A stretch of DNA of 64,000 nt, from positions 868,001 through 932,000 of the forward strand of contig AP026123.1 in NCBI GenBank assembly GCA_030295235.1, in the 5' to 3' direction. The stretch is from Fistulifera solaris. Its lineage: Eukaryota. Position numbers and translations under genes: made by a program. This document shows, in pieces, positions 62,118-64,000 of the stretch. The notes beneath the pieces were generated by a model that worked only from the letters and a program-made list of their open reading frames with translations, was not told the origin of the DNA and did no database searches. The first letter of the stretch is position 1. Each line of letters opens with the position of its first letter.

Positions 62118-62683
62118 TCACAGTTGTTTTATTTGTCGCGATTCGCGATGCATTTCACAAAAACAAAACGTCGTCTTTGACATCACAACAAAGCAATATT
62201 GGATGAAATCAATGAACAGGTGTTTTTGCTTCGTTTTGTCTTTCACAGCGGCCAAAGCAACAATCAACTGTCAAACATCTTCTTTAAGTGTCATTTGTGG
62301 TCTATTCCTTGTTCCCCGTAATGCGAAGTTCGTGCCAACATTATCATTGAAGATACTTGTTTTTTACTAAAAAGACACAGGAGAGGTCAGATTCTTCATT
62401 ACAAAGTATTTTGGCAGCTTTTCGAGTTGATCGATTTTGACCATGACTGGATTTCAGTCATGAGGCGCAAACAGTTTTTACGCGGTCGTCGCCGCTGGCT
62501 CATCGCATTCTTCATCGTTTATTTCTTTCTCGCAAGGATCTGCGACGATGCGAGAATAAAGGCAAAGCAAGGTGCACACCAGTGCATGAGGTTGTTATAT
62601 TACTCGTAGAGTTGATTGCATCCAAGTGTTCCGGCCGACCTAATACCGCACCAAACGGAACTGGTGTTTTCCCTCTGTGTCTC

Positions 62684-63367
62684 ATGTTTCGGCGATACTC
62701 CTACAAGTCGATTGTGATGTTGATGATCACCACCGCAGTTATACTAAGAGGTGCCACTTCGTTCAGCTCGCCTGCTCCTCGCTACAACTATTTTGCGATT
62801 GGCTCAAATATGCTGCCGGAAACGATGGAAGCGCTTCGGCAAATTGATCTGAGCCGTTGCAACAGTACGGCCGCCGTGTTGACTGATTATCGTCTCGCTT
62901 TCGATATATCGATGGGCCAGTCGGGCGCGGCATCGGTACGGTATGAGCCGGGAAGCGTTGTTCACGGAGTCTTGTATTCATTGACCTCGGACCAATTTGC
63001 TTCACTCAGTCTATCGGAGGGAGTGCCATTGGCGTATCTTTGGGAAAGATGTTCGGTAGTTCCTTACGAAGGTGATAATGACAGAGCGGGTGAACTAGCT
63101 TTGACGCGAAATGATGTAGAACCCGTCCCTGCATTCGTCCTAACGAGTCGGTGGGGACGAAAGTCGGTTTACAAAGAAAGAAGTACCCACAAAGATCTAC
63201 CTACTGGACGAGCCTACCTCAACATTCTGCAACGAGGAGCTGCGTATTGGAAACTGGATCGGTCTTATCAGATAGGTTTGACAAAAGTACGGACAACAGC
63301 TAGTTTCGATGGATCTGAGCTGCTACTGGAGCAGGCGCAATTTTTCAACAAATTCAAATTGATGTAA
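62684..63367 (+). CDS. Gamma-glutamylcyclotransferase (GGCT/AIG2-like) protein, probably plastid-targeted
   Basis: Motifs YNYFAIGSNM, AVLTDYRLAF, VHGVLYSL...L.LSEG and YLNILQRGA. Signal followed by ATSFS. Confidence 0.75.
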   Translation: MFRRYSYKSIVMLMITTAVILRGATSFSSPAPRYNYFAIGSNMLPETMEALRQIDLSRCNSTAAVLTDYRLAFDISMGQSGAASVRYEPGSVVHGVLYSLTSDQFASLSLSEGVPLAYLWERCSVVPYEGDNDRAGELALTRNDVEPVPAFVLTSRWGRKSVYKERSTHKDLPTGRAYLNILQRGAAYWKLDRSYQIGLTKVRTTASFDGSELLLEQAQFFNKFKLM

Positions 63368-63408
63368 AAGTGATTATACGTGGTTGCTATGAAAGAATGC
63401 TTGATTGA

Positions 63409-64000
63409 TTACCACCACCACCAAGCTGATTGAATCGTTTTGCGGAACTCGGGTTGTTTTGAACGTCTTTCGACCCAGGCGCCTAGTTTCGGGCAGTTTA
63501 ATCCAGTGGCGAGTCCAAACTCTTGATCCAAGCGCCATAAAAAAGGAAAAGCATGACAGTCAGCGATAGTGACAGCATTTCCAACCAAATAGTCAGTATC
63601 CTGACTCGAAAGTTTGCTCTCCAGATTATCTTGCAGCATTTTTGCCAATTCAGACGTGTTTCCGCTTCCCAAGACAGCTTTTTTTGCCGGTAGGCAGCAT
63701 CTCGTTGATTTGTTTTCTCCATTCGTCGACGTCGTTTCGTTGACTTTCCGTCATTTGTAGCACGTTATTGTCGCATACTACTTCTCCCGCTCCGATGGCT
63801 TGTAAAATCAAATCCGAATCCGGCCACACCTTCGTGGCAGAGGCCATCTCTTGCACTAGTACTGGGACAGTCCCAGCCGGATTGAGCTTCCAAAACCAAT
63901 CCGGCTTTCCTCCCGCACCATATAAGGATATTTCTTCCATTTCGTATGGAATCTGCGAGCATTCTAGGGCCAGCCACGCCTTTTGGGCGAACGGGCACAT
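63409..64000 (-). CDS. Glutathione S-transferase (Cys-type, omega/lambda/DHAR-like), 5' part outside window
   Basis: Motifs CPFAQKAW, KPDWFWKLNPAGTVPVL, DSD and YLVGNAVTIADCHAFPFLWR. Frameshift at ~63682. Confidence 0.88.

Noticed and set aside
7880..63690. Frameshifts in many conserved genes (EF-G, glucosidase II, NHX, HACD, FAB1, GST and others) as pseudogenes or programmed frameshifting
   Set aside because: Those checked are single-base losses in homopolymers (e.g. ACCAAAAGACT at ~26855, TGAAAGGGAACG at ~14928) in otherwise intact essential genes. This is typical of unpolished long-read consensus.

Overview
Gene-dense eukaryotic DNA, most consistent with a pennate diatom. The signs are short GT-AG introns, signal peptide + 'F' bipartite plastid presequences and diatom-like proteins. 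There are about 25 recognisable protein genes: three atypical FYVE paralogs, RMD1-like, NHX exchanger, mito EF-G, CCDC25, CAF-1 p60, guanylate kinase, glucosidase II alpha, an HACD-SDR-like fusion, Sua5, two pseudouridine synthases, PsbP-domain, DnaJ, TatD, sulfotransferase, P450, Cas1p-type O-acetyltransferase, RRP4, PIKfyve, GGCT and GST. One tRNA-Gln(CTG) is present. Many conserved genes carry single-base homopolymer frameshifts, most likely long-read assembly errors. The most unusual items are: (1) a ~3.6-3.8 kb inverted-repeat-bounded element (~49.3-53.1 kb) whose fragmented, apparently spliced ORF encodes two HNH-like modules plus a C-terminal AP2-like domain and no recognisable transposase; (2) a ~1 kb tract (37.9-38.9 kb) of dozens of different 7-bp tandem duplications, enriched in TACTCCGTA; (3) three dispersed tandem-repeat families (34, ~218, ~245 bp), one array bracketed by a 19-bp direct repeat; (4) a TA-flanked MITE-like element; (5) a dehydratase-reductase-like fusion gene. 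All calls are by eye, and no searches were run.
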